DNA from: Acanthaster planci
Taxonomy: Eukaryota
Assembly (NCBI RefSeq): GCF_001949145.1
Contig: NW_019091359.1
Coordinates: 1,810,540 to 1,874,539 of the forward strand
Length of the DNA stretch: 64,000 bases
Direction of reading: 5' to 3'
Positions 23,501 to 38,500 of this stretch are shown here, one piece after another. The notes under the pieces were generated by a model. That model saw only the letters and a list, made by a program, of their open reading frames with translations. It was not told the DNA's origin and searched no databases. The translations under genes were made by a program, and so were the position numbers. Position 1 is the stretch's first letter. Each line of letters starts with the position of its first letter.

Positions 23501-26500
23501 CCTACACAAAAAAAATATGGTTGCCAACTCAGCTTATTCTCAGGCCTGCTTATTCTTCATAAATATATGATTGAATTCGTTGGAAGATAGCAAATACAAA
23601 TTGTTACCAGTCATCTTGTCATTTGTAAGGAGATCAGTGTGCGAACTGAACTGTGCGTGAAATCTTTGCTCTTCAATTTTTAATTTAGGGCATTGACAAA
23701 TACATCCCAGCTGTTTTCTGACTTTCTGATCCGTTCTGCTGTCGTAGTGTTGGGACCTGTGCTGTCTTGACAGGAAAAATCTTCACCAACAAACATGATG
23801 TCACAGCTGTTTGATGTGCTTAATTTCAATTTGTCTCTGCGCTCGAGGAGAGAATGAGTCTACGGGAGTCTGGACGAATATCTAAACTCAAACACCACGA
23901 TATCCTCTTTATCAAATTTATTCGTGATTTTCAACAGGACAATGGCCACCAGCTATTGCTGACCAGCGACGATCAGTTATTCATGTATGAGGCAGCGGGA
24001 ACCATTATTGTATCTAGCAGCTATGCACCTGAGGTATGTAGGAGACGTCTGTATTGATGCTGTCACTTACAGTGGTACCAGACTTGAACACTCTTGTTGC
24101 TGTGTATTCTGCACATGCCATATGTGAACACCTTGTTTGTCAAGGGTCATTGTCACCTGTGTTTGACCTGTGTGTGCGAGTGTGGGACCATGGCAGTAAC
24201 GGCCTGTTATTCTGGTTTAACTGGATTTGTCTGCAGCCGTTATTGCCTCTTTATTCCCAAGAGTAACATTTTTAGAGCATTGAGCAAGTGCAAGCAACAC
24301 CTATAGTTATAGTTTTGCCAACATCGTTGGAAGACTGGATGGTTTGGATCATCTAGTCAACCATTTGGAACCAGGCCCTGGAGCGTGATCGCATCGTTAG
24401 TTATTAATGCTAACTTGATTTATCAATAAGGAGGGAACTATTCACTTGGCATTACGCATGAGATGTCATTGTCTATTCGAATGTGTTTGTACTGCACGTG
24501 CACTGCGTTAGAAAGAACCAAGTGGTCCAACTTTGCAATTTGCCAAAACTTGCCCATTGTGTGGTTATCCAAGAGTTGCTTTCAAGTATGTTATCTTGAT
24601 TCTAAACTGGAACTTCTTCTCAGAAGTATGTTTTTCAAGAAGTTTTGCAAATGTTTCTTTAAGTTTTACAAATGTGATTAAACAAAAGAGAAAATGTGAA
24701 CTTTATGTGTTCAAATATTAAAGTGACACATTGCGTTGCCTCGCGGAAATGTCAAAATCTGTCCCATGCTAACAGGTAAATTTTCTTGTTCAGAAAGTGT
24801 GGGGAAATGCATTGCTGTTTTAGGATTGAAAATGTGTAGGATTCATATGAAAGTGTAATCTCTCTCTCTCTGCTGTTAGCCTGTGAGATTCCTTTCTCAT
24901 ATGTGAAAGTGGCAATACGGGCATTTCACAAAAGTGCGCTTCCAAGAGTTTGCAACACATTGGCCAATCACAATGCGCGAAATTCGTCGACCCAATGCGC
25001 ATTTGGAAAGGGTCGAATTTCACGCGTTGTGATTGGCTAACGCGTTGCAAACTCTTGGAGGCGCACTATAGTGAATCGCCCGTATTGCTTTGAACATTTT
25101 AGAAGTGAAGCAGTTTTTTTGCAAAATAAAGATTGGTAATTCGGACATTTGGTCATTTGGACATGAAGGCATGTAACCTGTTGGTTGACAGTTCTTGGTC
25201 CACAAGGTCAAAAACAGTTCCATCACTTTTTTTGTACTCCCCTCGCAGAAGAAGGAGTACCTCATGAAGAATCTCCTCGCTCCGACCCTGGACAAGTTCA
25301 ACGCCATGTTTGACAAGATGTGCGCCGAGAAAGACGAGCAGAAGCGACAGAAGTACGCCGAGGTGGCTGCGCTGGCCATCGCTTTCGCAAGGTGTGAGCA
25401 CCACGCTCAGACTCACGTTCCACATCTTGGACAAATCTGAGGAGAACAGTGCTGTGCTTACGTCCTGACTCGCTCACAAAAAATCTCCCGAGTTTCTGCA
25501 AGATCACTCAGTTTGGTGTGCATGTGAAAATGGACATTATGTGGGCACAAAATGTTGACGACCCATTGCGATTTACAATTGGGCAAGATTCTTCATCAGT
25601 AGTGGCTCTGGTGACTTCCGCCTGATTTTTTTCAGTTGGTTTGCATATCGTCTGCTGCCTGAAGGAAGGGCATATTTAGTAAAGCCTCTAAAATGCCAGT
25701 TGCCTTTTCAAGTGTCTCAATGCCCCTGGATGCATACGATGAAATATTTATCCCCTGGTTCATTTTGTGCCCACGCTCTCCATTCTCTGCCCGTTTATCA
25801 TCGATCTGTCTCTCCTTCCTTCTTCCCTCACCAGCCGAACCAGCAAAGCCTTCTACACCCAGCTGACCATGAAGCAGAGCGGCTGCGAGGCCTGCTTCAC
25901 CGAGGCCCTGCGGGTCTTCCTGCGTGCCCTCAACACCCCCTACCATCACCAGATCCTGCACGCTGCCGTCAGGCAGTACCTGCACCGGATGATCATCTGC
26001 CTGGAGGAGGCCCTGCTGCCATACGTCCCCGTCGCCATGGAGCACTTGCTCAAGAAGTCGGAGGCCCGGGACATCCACGAGTTCATCCCGCTCATCAACC
26101 AGATTGCCAGCAAGTTCAAGGTTGGTTGGGATGATGGTCTGAAAGCTGAGTGTTACATGGAACAATTTACAAGACGGACTGGCGCCGAGCATCATTTTCA
26201 ACTTCAGGCATATTTATTGAACAGTTTAAGGGTCTCTTTGATGGATTTTTCTTAAGACACACTTTTTGCATCTTTAGACTCTTCTTTGAAATATGAAAAC
26301 TATTTGATATTGTTGGTTGGAGTATGGAAAAGTGCATTATTTCAATCGTTTGAAATTGTCCAAACTTTTCTGGACTACTTGGGACACAATTGCCTCAAGA
26401 CTTTGAAGACTTTGTTCAGTGTTTTGCTTTTTCCTGTTAAAATTGTGACTATTTACACATTGAAAGTATTCTTTGAAAAAGGTTTATTCAATCTGTTTAT

Positions 26501-29500
26501 TGCTGAGTACTTTCATGAAGATAAATTACCAAAGACAAGGAAATTTAGGACAGCAAAAGGTCACAAATCAATGCATCATTGGGATTTCCCCCCGGGATGA
26601 CATCACAGCTTTGCCACTGAATGTGGAAATTGTCAAAGCATAAAAAACAAAAAGGAATCATAACACCATCACTTTCATCATTTGTTTGCACCATGCATGC
26701 ACTAATACATTCGTTACATTACAAATATGTGACCTGTCATTTCAAAATGAGAGTAAAGTAGCATCCCACTCTTTCCTGTTTTGAGGGTTCAAAGTCATAT
26801 TGAAGTAGAGGACAGTTTTTTGGTTTTGTGATATTTGGAAAGAGTAACCCATCTCCTATTTAATTCCAAATATTCTGTAGAATCACATATTTTAAAATGT
26901 CATTTTCTTAGCAATTTTGACGATAGCATTATTTGTGCCTGGTCTGAAATGTTGAAACAATGTCAGTAACACAGACGCCAAGCTGCCAGAATAATGCCAC
27001 ATTGTCACCTTATACTTCTACCCTAAGTGTTCCATGTAAATTCCATTGGAAAGCTCTCTTTCTGCTGAATTCAAAAACACCAATATCTCAGTTTTTGAAA
27101 ATTCCGACTTCCAGCTCATCTTGTGGCGACAGGTCACATATACTAGTTGCCTTTCACTCAGAAAATTGAAGTAGGCATGCCCAAACAAATGTATATGTAC
27201 AAATAACTGGGGCTCGTGCAATTCTTGAAATTCTTGCCATTTTAAAGGTTAAGGCCTTGAGAACTCCTGGATTTTATCGTAGGTCCTTGGAAGTCCTCAA
27301 AAATTTTTTTTATGATAAAAGTATTCATCTCGAGTAATATGATGATGGGTTTCAAACGCGTCATAAGTTAAAATTGACCGGCTACCGTACCTTGACCAGG
27401 ACCTGGGTCCTTCGATAAGCCAACCTTCTTACTTTTCCTTGGTACCCATCAAATGATCCTATACCTGTTGATTAATGTACAACTCTCTGATAAACCATTA
27501 GTGTTTGCTGGATTTTAGCCCTTGAAAATGGAATTTCTGGAACTTGAAAGTCCTTGACAAATCTTTGAATTTAGTGCAGTTCCAAGTGCAGGAAGCCTGA
27601 ATAATCCAATCCGTGTGCAGAAAGACTGGTTGACAGGTATCAATCTTTTGTCTCCACGTGAGCCCAAACCTTCCAGTTCCTGCTTGAATTGTTCTGAAAC
27701 TACACTATTGGCCACATCTCGTTGGCCAAGGTGCCCCCCCTCCCCCGTGGACCCCCTCTCATTGTTGAGTCTCAGTGTGCAGTCTGCGCTGCAGCCTCCC
27801 TCGGATGACAACATTTGACAGGGGGAACGAGGGACTTGGGGAGGGTATGTCTATTGACACGTGTTCCAATAAATTTGGGCCAGGATAGTAGTAGCTGCGT
27901 ATGTCATTGTGCCACGCAGAACTGCCTCTCTGCAGAAGCCTCTGGGTGGTTTGGTGTTTGAATAGGCTTGTGTTGTCAATATGCATACCTTCTGTCCACG
28001 ACTGGCCAAAGTGCAGCACTGTTGTTAAGAGTCTGTCAAGTATGATATTGCGACCCAGATTACAAATTGATCATCAAACAAATTCACAAGTCCAAGTCAA
28101 ATCCCAAGTGCATCAAGAGTCAGTCACAAGACATTATTACAAGTTACATCAGAAGCCAATCACAATTTATTTCACAATTTTGGTCACAGGCAGCCGTATA
28201 AATACCACAGGATTGTTTGTGCACAAAATTTGAATGCTACAAAGTTGACTGGAGCCAAGAACAAGTGCATTTGACCTTTGGCACAGCTCTGTATGTGTTT
28301 TAATGCTTCAATTTGATGCATTGTATTCTAATAGCCAAAGAGAACAATGCATACCAAATCAAATAAGTACACAAATATTAATATCAACAAACCCATTTAT
28401 AGATTACCACAGGGTCATTTCATATTCAATATAATTTTTTGCACCTTACCCTCAGAAATTGGAATGACAGTTGATCTAATGATCGACTTCCATGTGATTT
28501 GGCTTTCAATGTCTGAATTGAAGGCCATTCTGTGAGCTTTACAGTGATAATATGACTTGGCTTTGGAGGTGCCTTACATTTTTTAGACAAAGTGTTTAAA
28601 GTTCAGAGGCTATGTAAATTGGCCAAAAGTTTGTTAACCTAAATATCGAAATTAATTCGTGGAATTAGAAAAACAATTCACGTCTGGAAGTTTCTCGTAC
28701 AGGCCAATCATCATATTAATTGTCATTGCACTCTGTGATTGTCAGCAAATGACATGGGATGACCCTGTATTTGTGTTACATTACTAAAGATTCAGTTTCA
28801 CTCAAACTAATGCTTGAGTATTAAATATTTCATTGCTTACTTTTTTTGGGGGGGTGGAGTCATTTTCCTGAAGAGATGTGAAGGAATAGGGAATTTGAGG
28901 AAATGTTTTGCCTTCATTGTCTTAGAATTTTCCTAGCTTTTCCTCCTTTTGCTAATTACTCCGCAGAGGACCATAGTTCCCTTCATGCGCTCTGTCTTCA
29001 TGCCCATCGTTACTACCATTTTTAACGTTCTGGGACAGCCCGCCGACGAGTTAGACATCCAAGCCAAGCAAGATAAGGACCTGCTGAAGAGGAGCTACTT
29101 CCAATTCCTCCAGACGCTGGTGGCCAACGATGTCAGCGAGGTCATCTCTGGCCAAGGTGAGAGTTGACTAATCCAGTGAGTTTCCATAGGCTGAATTTCG
29201 GCACTAGACCACTTTCTTGTGGAAGTTTTCCTGGTGGACTTGGAAGAAATCTTAATTAAGGCTGAGGTAGAAAGATCCACTGTTGGTGGTTAAACATTGT
29301 TTACAAGCAGTAGGATCCCTCATTGAATACTAGTTAATCCATCCAAATCAATATTTTAACCTTCATCATTTGCTGTTGTGCCTGCTGTCAGGGCTAGCAA
29401 GGGGATCAAGAAAATGGCATTAAAGGCCAACGTCTTAAGGTTAAGTGAACCTGGAATGATACAATTTGAAAAAAATTATGTTAAGAAAATTCTTATTTTT

Positions 29501-32500
29501 CCGGATGTGGGATCTTTAATGCTTGGATGGAATTTTGTCTCTGATGCAGCATTTAGAGGGAATTAGAGGTGGAAAAAGTGTGCAGTGAGCGCCACTGGGA
29601 TATGTGGTGGACTATTCCTGTTGCCTGGTTAAAAGTTTCTTTGGTTAATTTCATCATTCGATCCTGGATAATGTAGTTGTCTTAAAATGTAACCTAATAT
29701 TTTGATTTTCTTTTTATTCTGCTCTCTAACCCTGCCAGATTTCATGCTGTTTTCGTGATTTTGAAAAGGTTTTTAAAAAAGCTAGTCTGAGGATATCGGA
29801 ACTAGCCCTGTGGGTTAGCGTGTGCGCATGTTTTTCCATGCATCACCTGGTCTCCAATTGCAACTTGAAAGAGCCACGCCAATAATGCTACATGCACATT
29901 TGGGAGTCGCCTAGCAGTTCCCTTTAATAAAATATCTTGCATTTCTGGTATCTATTATTTCACAAACGTATGCCCTTGGCTGGTACACCTACGTAAGAGG
30001 GTCTGATGAAAAAAAATCGGCCTATATTTAACTTTTAATTCATACGGACTGCCCACTGATGTGCGGCCACCCCCAGAGGATACTGTTTCCTGTTTGCTGT
30101 GATAATTTTAGAAGTGTTTTTTTTTTTAACTTTGATGGAAAAACACTTTACACACCCACTGAATGGCAATTGTAAAGTGACATAATTTGGAAATAGACAA
30201 ACAACCCCCCGCAAATATTAATTTTTTGGTTTTGTTCATCACCAGATGTGATGTAAACATACAACAAAAACCTAACCCACGGCTTCCTGTTTTAAATGTC
30301 AACGCCTCTCTCTGAAAAAAAAAATTGTTGTTCATCTTTGTGAAAGCACATCTGTCAACCGGCAACCGATAAATATTGACATGTGCAGTTTTTATCACAC
30401 ACACTCCCACATGTGGATAATCATAACTTGCAAAGTTACAGCAATCTCAAAACTTTTGTTCATTTCCTTTTCCGCCAACAGATGCTGATAACTTTAAGCA
30501 AGTGTTGCTGACCATTGCACAAGGGGCCGTGGAGTCTCAAGACCCGATAGTATGTTGCCCTTTTTCTCAATTAGCCCTAACCATCCTCAATCCTTCAAAA
30601 ACCTCCGGACGGTTTTGGAGGATTTTGGAGGATTGAAGCTGCATGGCGAAACGGCATTGCTGATTGCGAAGGATGCATTGTCTCAAGGTCGTGGGTTAGA
30701 CCCTGTGTTGTTTATGTTCAGCCATGCACAAATTCATGTGTACAGTACTAGTTTTGATACCAGACCCAATGATTCCGACTATGCTCGGCAAATCAAGGGT
30801 CTGGTATCACCCATTGTCCACATGACCCAAACCGGAGGAATTCCTCCAGTTTCCGAAAATAGCCGAAATAACCGAACACCAACAATGCTGTCCGAATGTG
30901 GACAGATGAGTTCGGAACATTTCGGCCATTATCGGAGGATTTTGCAGGATTGAGGCAGTGGGCACCCTTCCAACAGAACATATTCAAGAAAAATCGGAGG
31001 ATTTTAGAGGACTGAGGCTGTATCCAATTTTTTCATGGTGGCTGTTGGTTTTTTTTTTGAAGGATTGAGGGTGTATTCTCGCCAAAAGGGCCTAGGCGGT
31101 TAGGGTTAACCTAAGGGTCGGTGCACATTACTTCCTGTATAGACAAATCTTGAAAGTTCTCTCTCCTTGGGGGGGGGGCTTTATTTATTCAAGAAAAAAT
31201 CCAGACACACTTCCTTCCCTACAGTTACTGTAAGTTTGACTGGCTTCTCTCGGTTTTTGGGACTTTCCACATTGGTATTGCTTTGCTTCTGTTACTGCAG
31301 TTACTGTAACCACAGGATAATTTCCTCATATGCTGTACTTTTGTTCCTGGTTTTTATTCATTCAGATTATAATAAGCCCTTGTGATTTGGGGTTGTTTTT
31401 TTTTCAGGAGATTGTTTATATTGCGCTGTCATAGTGTGCATTTACTCTCTGAAAGCTTCAAAGGATGAGATGTTAGTTTTTTTTAGAGAGGTCGTAGTGT
31501 TTATATAGTTTGAAACAGGAACTTTTCCTGTTCTGCTCTACGGGTTGTGAATAATGCTTCTAGTGTAATCTAGCATGAACGCAATCATTGACTGATGGTG
31601 TTGCTTTTCTCCACAACTGCTTTAGGAACCAATAGTGGATTTTGTTTAGGACTGTGATCGCAATCTTTGATGAATTTGATGTGAACAAACACTAACAATG
31701 GTGTCTGAGTTTGATGAAGGAAAATACATGTACCTATATTGTAATTGAAACCCATTCAGATTGTGGAGAAGATTCTAATCTGGGGTTGAGATGTAAGTCG
31801 TAGCTTTAAGGTCGTTAAAGTGTTTGTTTAGAATGCTAGATCAGCCAACCATCATGATCCATTGTCTGCATTGTATCCTGTCTCCTTCGGCCAAAGGGAA
31901 ATTTTCTTGTTTAACCCTATGTGACAAGTGTTTATCATCTGCCAGCAAAAATTACTGCTCGAGATATTTAAGGGTAGGCTCTTTATAGCATCCTATTGTT
32001 TCCGTTAAAAGATGGCTTTGAATATTAACAATATTAACAATAGTAAGTACAATTTGTATGGCTCCAAAGTACCGGTACTGTAGAAATGATCTACCACTAG
32101 TGATGTTTGGGTTCCTGGTTTGCAAAGGAGCTCTGAATTGGGAAGTCTTGAAATAGGCCAAATGGTGCACCAAATCACCCCATACCATCACTGTTTCATT
32201 GTGGGGGGCATGTGGCCCAGTGGTTAGGGTTTGTAGCTTCTGATCATAGGGTCAGAGGTTCGAATCCAGCCAGTGACAGCATGTTGTGATCTTGGGCAAG
32301 TCATTTTACCCCTATGTACCTCTCTCCACCCAGGAGTAAATGGGTACCCGTGAGGTCACCAAAATGGCAGCAATGGGCTGGTATACTCCCCACGGAGCTG
32401 AGATGGTTCGGATTCGGAGGAATTCAGGTTCAGGTTCTGAGGAATGTTCAGATGATGTGAGCCCAATGTGCAGCGATAATGATACCAAGTGCATAGAGAC

Positions 32501-35500
32501 ATTTCCGTAACATGCGCTGCATAACTGATTATTATTATTATTCTAATACCTAAAAAGTTCCCAGAAATCGTGGCAATACTGTACTAGATGTTTTCACTTA
32601 AATCTTCAAAGCCAGTTAGGCCAAGTGAATGAATTAACTTATTTAGCATCTGCATTTCTGGAGATTAGGAGGTGGGTGTTTACGTCCCAGATTGCTGCCA
32701 TTCTTTACTTTTGTTTTTCAGTTCCCAACAGTCACCCGTGTTTTTACTGCTTATAGACTCAAAAACGAGAGAGACGTGATAATCAAGAGAATTGAATATT
32801 TGAACAGTGGTTTGGACAGTTAGCTGGTCAGTTTGTACATGTAGGCTGGTTTCACTCTTTATCCGCTCTGAGCGGAACAGAAGAGTTCATTTTTTTTTTT
32901 TTTTTTTTTGGTATTCACCGCATAGGCGCGCCATGAGGTGCACAAGTATATACGCATTTGACGCGCAACTAGTTTACTCTGGCATGTATGGTCTTTGCAT
33001 ACATGCAGAACGCATGCAAGAACCTGCTTGTAACCAGCTGTCTTTCTTTTTGCCGATTGGTGGTGCACTTCAGCTCGGGTTGGATAGAGATTTAAAAGTA
33101 CCTGTCTCGCAAGGTGCATGAGCAGCATGCTGCCATGCAGTTTCTAGAAGTGGCACAGTTAAATATCTCACAGTCCATTGCATATAGAAAGCTCCAACTT
33201 GCATGTATTTATTTGTTTTTTTGGTAGATGGATTACATGTAGTTGACATTTTTGCTTTTGTTGGCTCATTGTTTCCTCTGTTTTTTTTAATCCTAGCAGC
33301 CTCCAAAAGGAAGTGGGTAGGAAGCTGAATAAGGCCTTTTTTTTACATACCCTAGTATTAAATGAAAGCAAACACGTTGCTTCTACCATTACTTGGTATT
33401 TCCCTCAATGTACGTTGATCTCATGTCTGGAGTCCTATTTACGTTTGGTTGAAATTGGAGAAGGTTTTGCAAAGAAGTATTTTGGGTCTGACTACAGAAA
33501 GCTGCTGCCCAGGCAGATTTCAGGTTAGTTACACTTTTGAGGTTACGTCCATGTGTTACCCACTGTCTGGTTTAAGTCAAGCTCAAATGCCACAAGTATG
33601 TACAAAAGACATAAACAGGGCTTAGGTTTGGGATTGATGACCCATATAGAATGTCAGCAAAGTCATGTACTTCAAAAATTCACTGACAGTTACCATCAGT
33701 GTCATGGTCTGAGTCAGCGCCCACAAATGACTGGCTTTGCCCAAAGGTTAAAGTACAAATATGTCTAGTTTCAGTCCCTTTAAGAATGTGAATTCCAAGC
33801 ATTTTGTGACTTGGTTTGCCTCAAGCAAAGTCCACCCCTTGTATAATGGTATTACTTGATAAATGAAAATACGTATAGTACCAATGTGGAGAATTTGATA
33901 TATTTGAGGGGGTGTGGTTACTGTTTTTTTTTTAATTGAAGAGCACATTTGGTATACTTTATGATAACCACACCTTCCTGGATGGGATACCACAAATCTC
34001 TCTTATGTTTAATTTGGTATGTAAGAACATAATTATTGTTGCATGAATAGAATTGAAGTACATGCAAATGTGCCATGGCACAAATGGTAGAGTAATTTTT
34101 TATCAGTATCAGCAAGGAAAAAAAATAAGAAATGACACAATAACAACTGGTGCTTCAAAATAGAAAAATGATATCAGAAGGTAATGCGCAAAAAGACAGA
34201 TATTATGAAAAATTGCCTTTCTGAAATTGTACAATTATTCACACTCCAAGTACTGTTGAAAGCCAATTTAAATTGACATCCTGTTCTTGTCATGCATTCC
34301 AGTAACCTGTCAAATCAGAACCAGTTGCTGTTGTATGTCCTGCTCAGGGACAGTAAAGATGAACTCCCATGACTTTGGCATTGACTGAGTTCAACCTTGA
34401 CCATCAGAATTGGTATTTCTGGTGTTGAAAACTTGTCAAGTTCATAATTGTTTTGGGATCACTCTGTCTTTCTTCAAGGTCCAGAAAACCGCCTTTATTA
34501 TCTTCAGAAAACTGGTGGACAAGTGGGCGGGTAAAGATGGCCTGCCCGGGTTCCGAGACTTCATCTATGAGTACATGATCCCCGCCTGCTTTATGGCACC
34601 CCTCAAGGCCACGTTCAACCTCTCAGACGGACAGACAGTTTTGGTAAGACAGTCCTCTTGAAGTTTTCTCTGACTTCTAAAGTGTATTTTGAACCATGAG
34701 ACATATCTTGAAGACCATTGACCCTGACCACATTCCTGTTAGCCTTGGAGGGTGCGGCCTGATCTCCCTAGTACTGTGAACAGGTTGAGGAAATAACAGG
34801 CTTAGTCCTTCCGTATTAGTCTGGTATTCTCTTACCTCAGAACATATGTCAATACAATATTAAACATTAGGTCATTGTACCTGTAATGTAAGACCACAAA
34901 GTCGAATGCTAGATTGTTTTATTGCTGGAAAAAATTGTGGTTTGAATCAAGATTGGGTTAATTTTGCTAATCTTTGCTTTAAAATAAACTTTAATACATT
35001 CATCTTCACGCTGGAGGATTTGTTATAGGCTGTTAGATCAGATGTGTACTGTTCAAACCATAGCCTCTAATCTTTGACCTTACATTTAAAAAAAATTAAA
35101 ATGAGACTGTATGAGAAAAGGGAGGATTGCGGACCTGGAGGATGCTATATATAGGAGACTTAGTCTATGAAACTGAAACCTGATGCCCAAGCTGGAGACA
35201 CAGCCCCAATTTGGAAAACTGCCCACTGACAAATTTTGGGGAGTCAGCTTTGGGGGCCTAGTTTGGAGATTAGTAACTTCCCATTGTCGTTTTTTTACTC
35301 AGTTAAGCATTCATAAGCGGAGCAAAAATAGAAGTGAAATTCGTTTTCAAGTTGTTTTGAGTCACTTCTTACTGTTCAAATCCTTTCACCCTACCTCTCC
35401 AGCATTCTACACAAGGGAATAGATTATGTGAAAGGAATTTGCCGTCCAAATCATAAGAGGGGAAAAAAATACCCTGCAGTTCCTTAGTTTAAACCTTTTT

Positions 35501-38500
35501 TTTTGTTAGGCCAAACATAAAATTACTTGTGTTTCCTGTTACAATGAAAAATAAATTTGGGTGGTTGGTTGGGTGAAATATTTTTTTACTCTAAATTTTT
35601 AAAGCCCACAAATTAGGTTCGGATGACTGTCTGTATTTTGTTGGGGGGGGGCACGTATTTGTAACAGGTACTAAATCAGTGTCAGATTAATACATGTACT
35701 GTACATGTGCACGTCAATATTACATATCAGCACTGTGATTGAGTAGTAAAGCAGCTGGTCATTGAAATACAAACACACAAGAGCTGTCCATCTCGTGTAA
35801 AAAAAATAAATTAAAACAATACAATGTACAGGACGATGTACACAAAATTAGGCTCAGGGCAAGGCACCATAAGTTTTTATATTCTATTGATTTGTCGAAT
35901 AAAAAGATATAAAAAAATACTTTCTAGGTTGGGTCAGGTAACCGGAAACACAGCTATTTTTTTTGTTTGGCCTTAATATCAAAAATTGTCTGTTTGTGAT
36001 TTAAAGTGACTATTATTGAAAAAAAATGGCTTTCAAATTAATGGTGATCAATAAATAAGGTTCCAGGGACCTTGTGTAAGATTTTTGGTTGATTTTCGGT
36101 GATGCTCCCCTCTACTGTGCAAGGCGCGACTTTGCTGACCAATGGATTTTCCCTCATGTTGTGCAATGCTCTTACTCATGGAGGTATTTTTCTCCAACCT
36201 CTGGAGGTCTTGAAATATTCATTGGACCTTTAAAAGTGAAAATGTTATACAGTATATTCAAATTTGTGGACTTTGTTACACTCTTGAAAATGGTAAAGCA
36301 TGTGAAGAACTTCAGTAAAAGCTCAATTTTGAGAGGATTTGGGTATTGTGTTGGTTCAAGAACCTACATATAGTGTGTTTCATTGCCAACTCTTGTTGAC
36401 TGACAAGAAATCTCCTACATGCATTTTTAATGCTCTTTTCCATCACAATTTTTATCTGTTATGTTAATGTATCTTGAAATTTCGGTCCTCTTGGATGTAT
36501 TTTCAACTTACAGTTGTAGGTTGGTTAGAAATAAATGATGTCCAAGTGTTTCAAAGTGTGTTCCTCGTAGAATTTGCAATAAATCGAATTATTTTGACAC
36601 CTGTGTTGAAGGCCACAAGTAACTCAAACTGCCTTGCATATAAGAGTTGTCTTTAACATCACGATGGCAAAAGCACCTGACCTACGCAATGTAAGGCAGT
36701 GAATTGAATTGCTCAGCTAGGGAATTCCTAGAGCTGAGTAAGTTACATGAGGAGCCAGGAATTGTATAATGCCAAACAGGGGTCAGGTTGTGGCCATATG
36801 CACAATAGCCTGCTGCAACATCAGCAAATTACTTATATTGGGGATGGACAGCAGATCGAAGAGAAAATCATGCATCGTTGCATAAAATCTATTGGGCTTC
36901 AGGGAAATTTGATCGTGCATGTAAAAAATATGTCCATTTTCAACAGTCATAGCAGTTTTACTTACATGTACTTGATATATTGCTTTTTTATCTGCTTGTG
37001 AAGTCCACAGACATCTCTCTAAATTTAGTAAACTTTTGTTCTGAGCTTTGGAGATGTATTACGTCGTGTAAGAACCTGTCATTTGAATGAAATGAGTCCG
37101 ATACAATCTGTGCTGTCTATCAGTTTGAAGAGCAGCAGTGTTCTTAAGTGAATGAAAAATTTGCTTCTGGCCATAATTCAAAAAAGAAATATCCACAGTC
37201 ACAGGTTGATCCTCTCTTTGCCATGCGAAACCCCCCCCCCGATATAAATTGATACCGACCTCGGTGAGCTGAAGCACATATTTTGACAAGTACATGTTTT
37301 CATAATGATCATGCTGATTTCTTGAGAATGTCAATGAATGCCAATTTACCCGGTTGCTTTTTTGGGGGGGGCTGCATGCATGTCAGGCAGACTCTAACAT
37401 TCTGTAGATACGCAGGCGATCAGAGAATTTTGTGCACGGCCCCTTGCTGTTATAAAGGGGGCACCTGCCGTGAGTATTGCAACACTATGGGGCTTTCCCC
37501 ACATGATGAAATCACATCCACTAACCCCCCCCTCCCAGTGCAGTGTTAATCCCTGCCAACCTTTCTTTTTCTCACTCTCACTTTTTTTTTTTCTTCTCTG
37601 TCATCCAAAGTTGATTGCAGTGCACATGTGTGCCCCGGTCAGTGGAAAATTACTGGCCCAGACTCAATTTGGCATTCCCTGCACTTCTAGTTTCCTAACA
37701 GCAGCCTTATTTCAAGTTTTCTCTTGTAGAATACCTGGTTAAAGTCAGGCCTTAACAAGGCATGTTTAGGCTTGATCAAACCGATCGTCATCTTTCAGTT
37801 TGATTAAGTCTTTAAATTCTGAGTTATAAAGATCATGTCACAGATATATTGGTCAGTCTCCAAGCAACCTTGGGTAATAATAATAATAATGATTTTATCA
37901 GAGCATTTTCAAGCAAGGAGTACTGGTGTCTAAGTTTACTTGTCACAGTATCTGTCACGGACGTGTGGTCATCCCTGCTCCTTGGGCTCTTAACATCTTA
38001 ACATTCCTGAAACCATCTCAGCTCCCTGGAGAGTGTACAACACTATGTAGCCATTTTAGGAACTAACCGGCTAATCAGCCACAGTCTGCCCTTAGGCCTA
38101 CAGGGAACCCCTTCATGTACTTACTCTAAGGTGGAGAGAAGCACATACCTGTACAAATGGGGATTCACACTCCCTAACCTGATACAAGCTCTAACCACAA
38201 GGCCACACATGCCCACAGATATAAAATGTTACTCACATAGAGGGGAAACTCTCACTTGCATTTTGTAGTGAGTTTCTCCAAAATATCTTTGGCATACTCA
38301 GTAACTATCCTAACCAGAATGGTTGGAATAGGAACCATTGAGTGAAGTATTTGGGTGACTTCCTGAACTGTACCTGTGTTGTGTTGCATTGTACATGTAT
38401 CGTGATCAGGGGAAGCATTTTAAGATCATTATCACAAGCCCCCCCCCCTCTGTTATTTACCAAACTGCAAGCTTACAGTAAACTATGTTTGGTTTTATAT

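Noticed and set aside
32203..32275. tRNA gene inside the tRNA-exporter gene
   Set aside because: A and B boxes are present, but there is no clear cloverleaf or T-run terminator, and it continues into a SINE body and tail.
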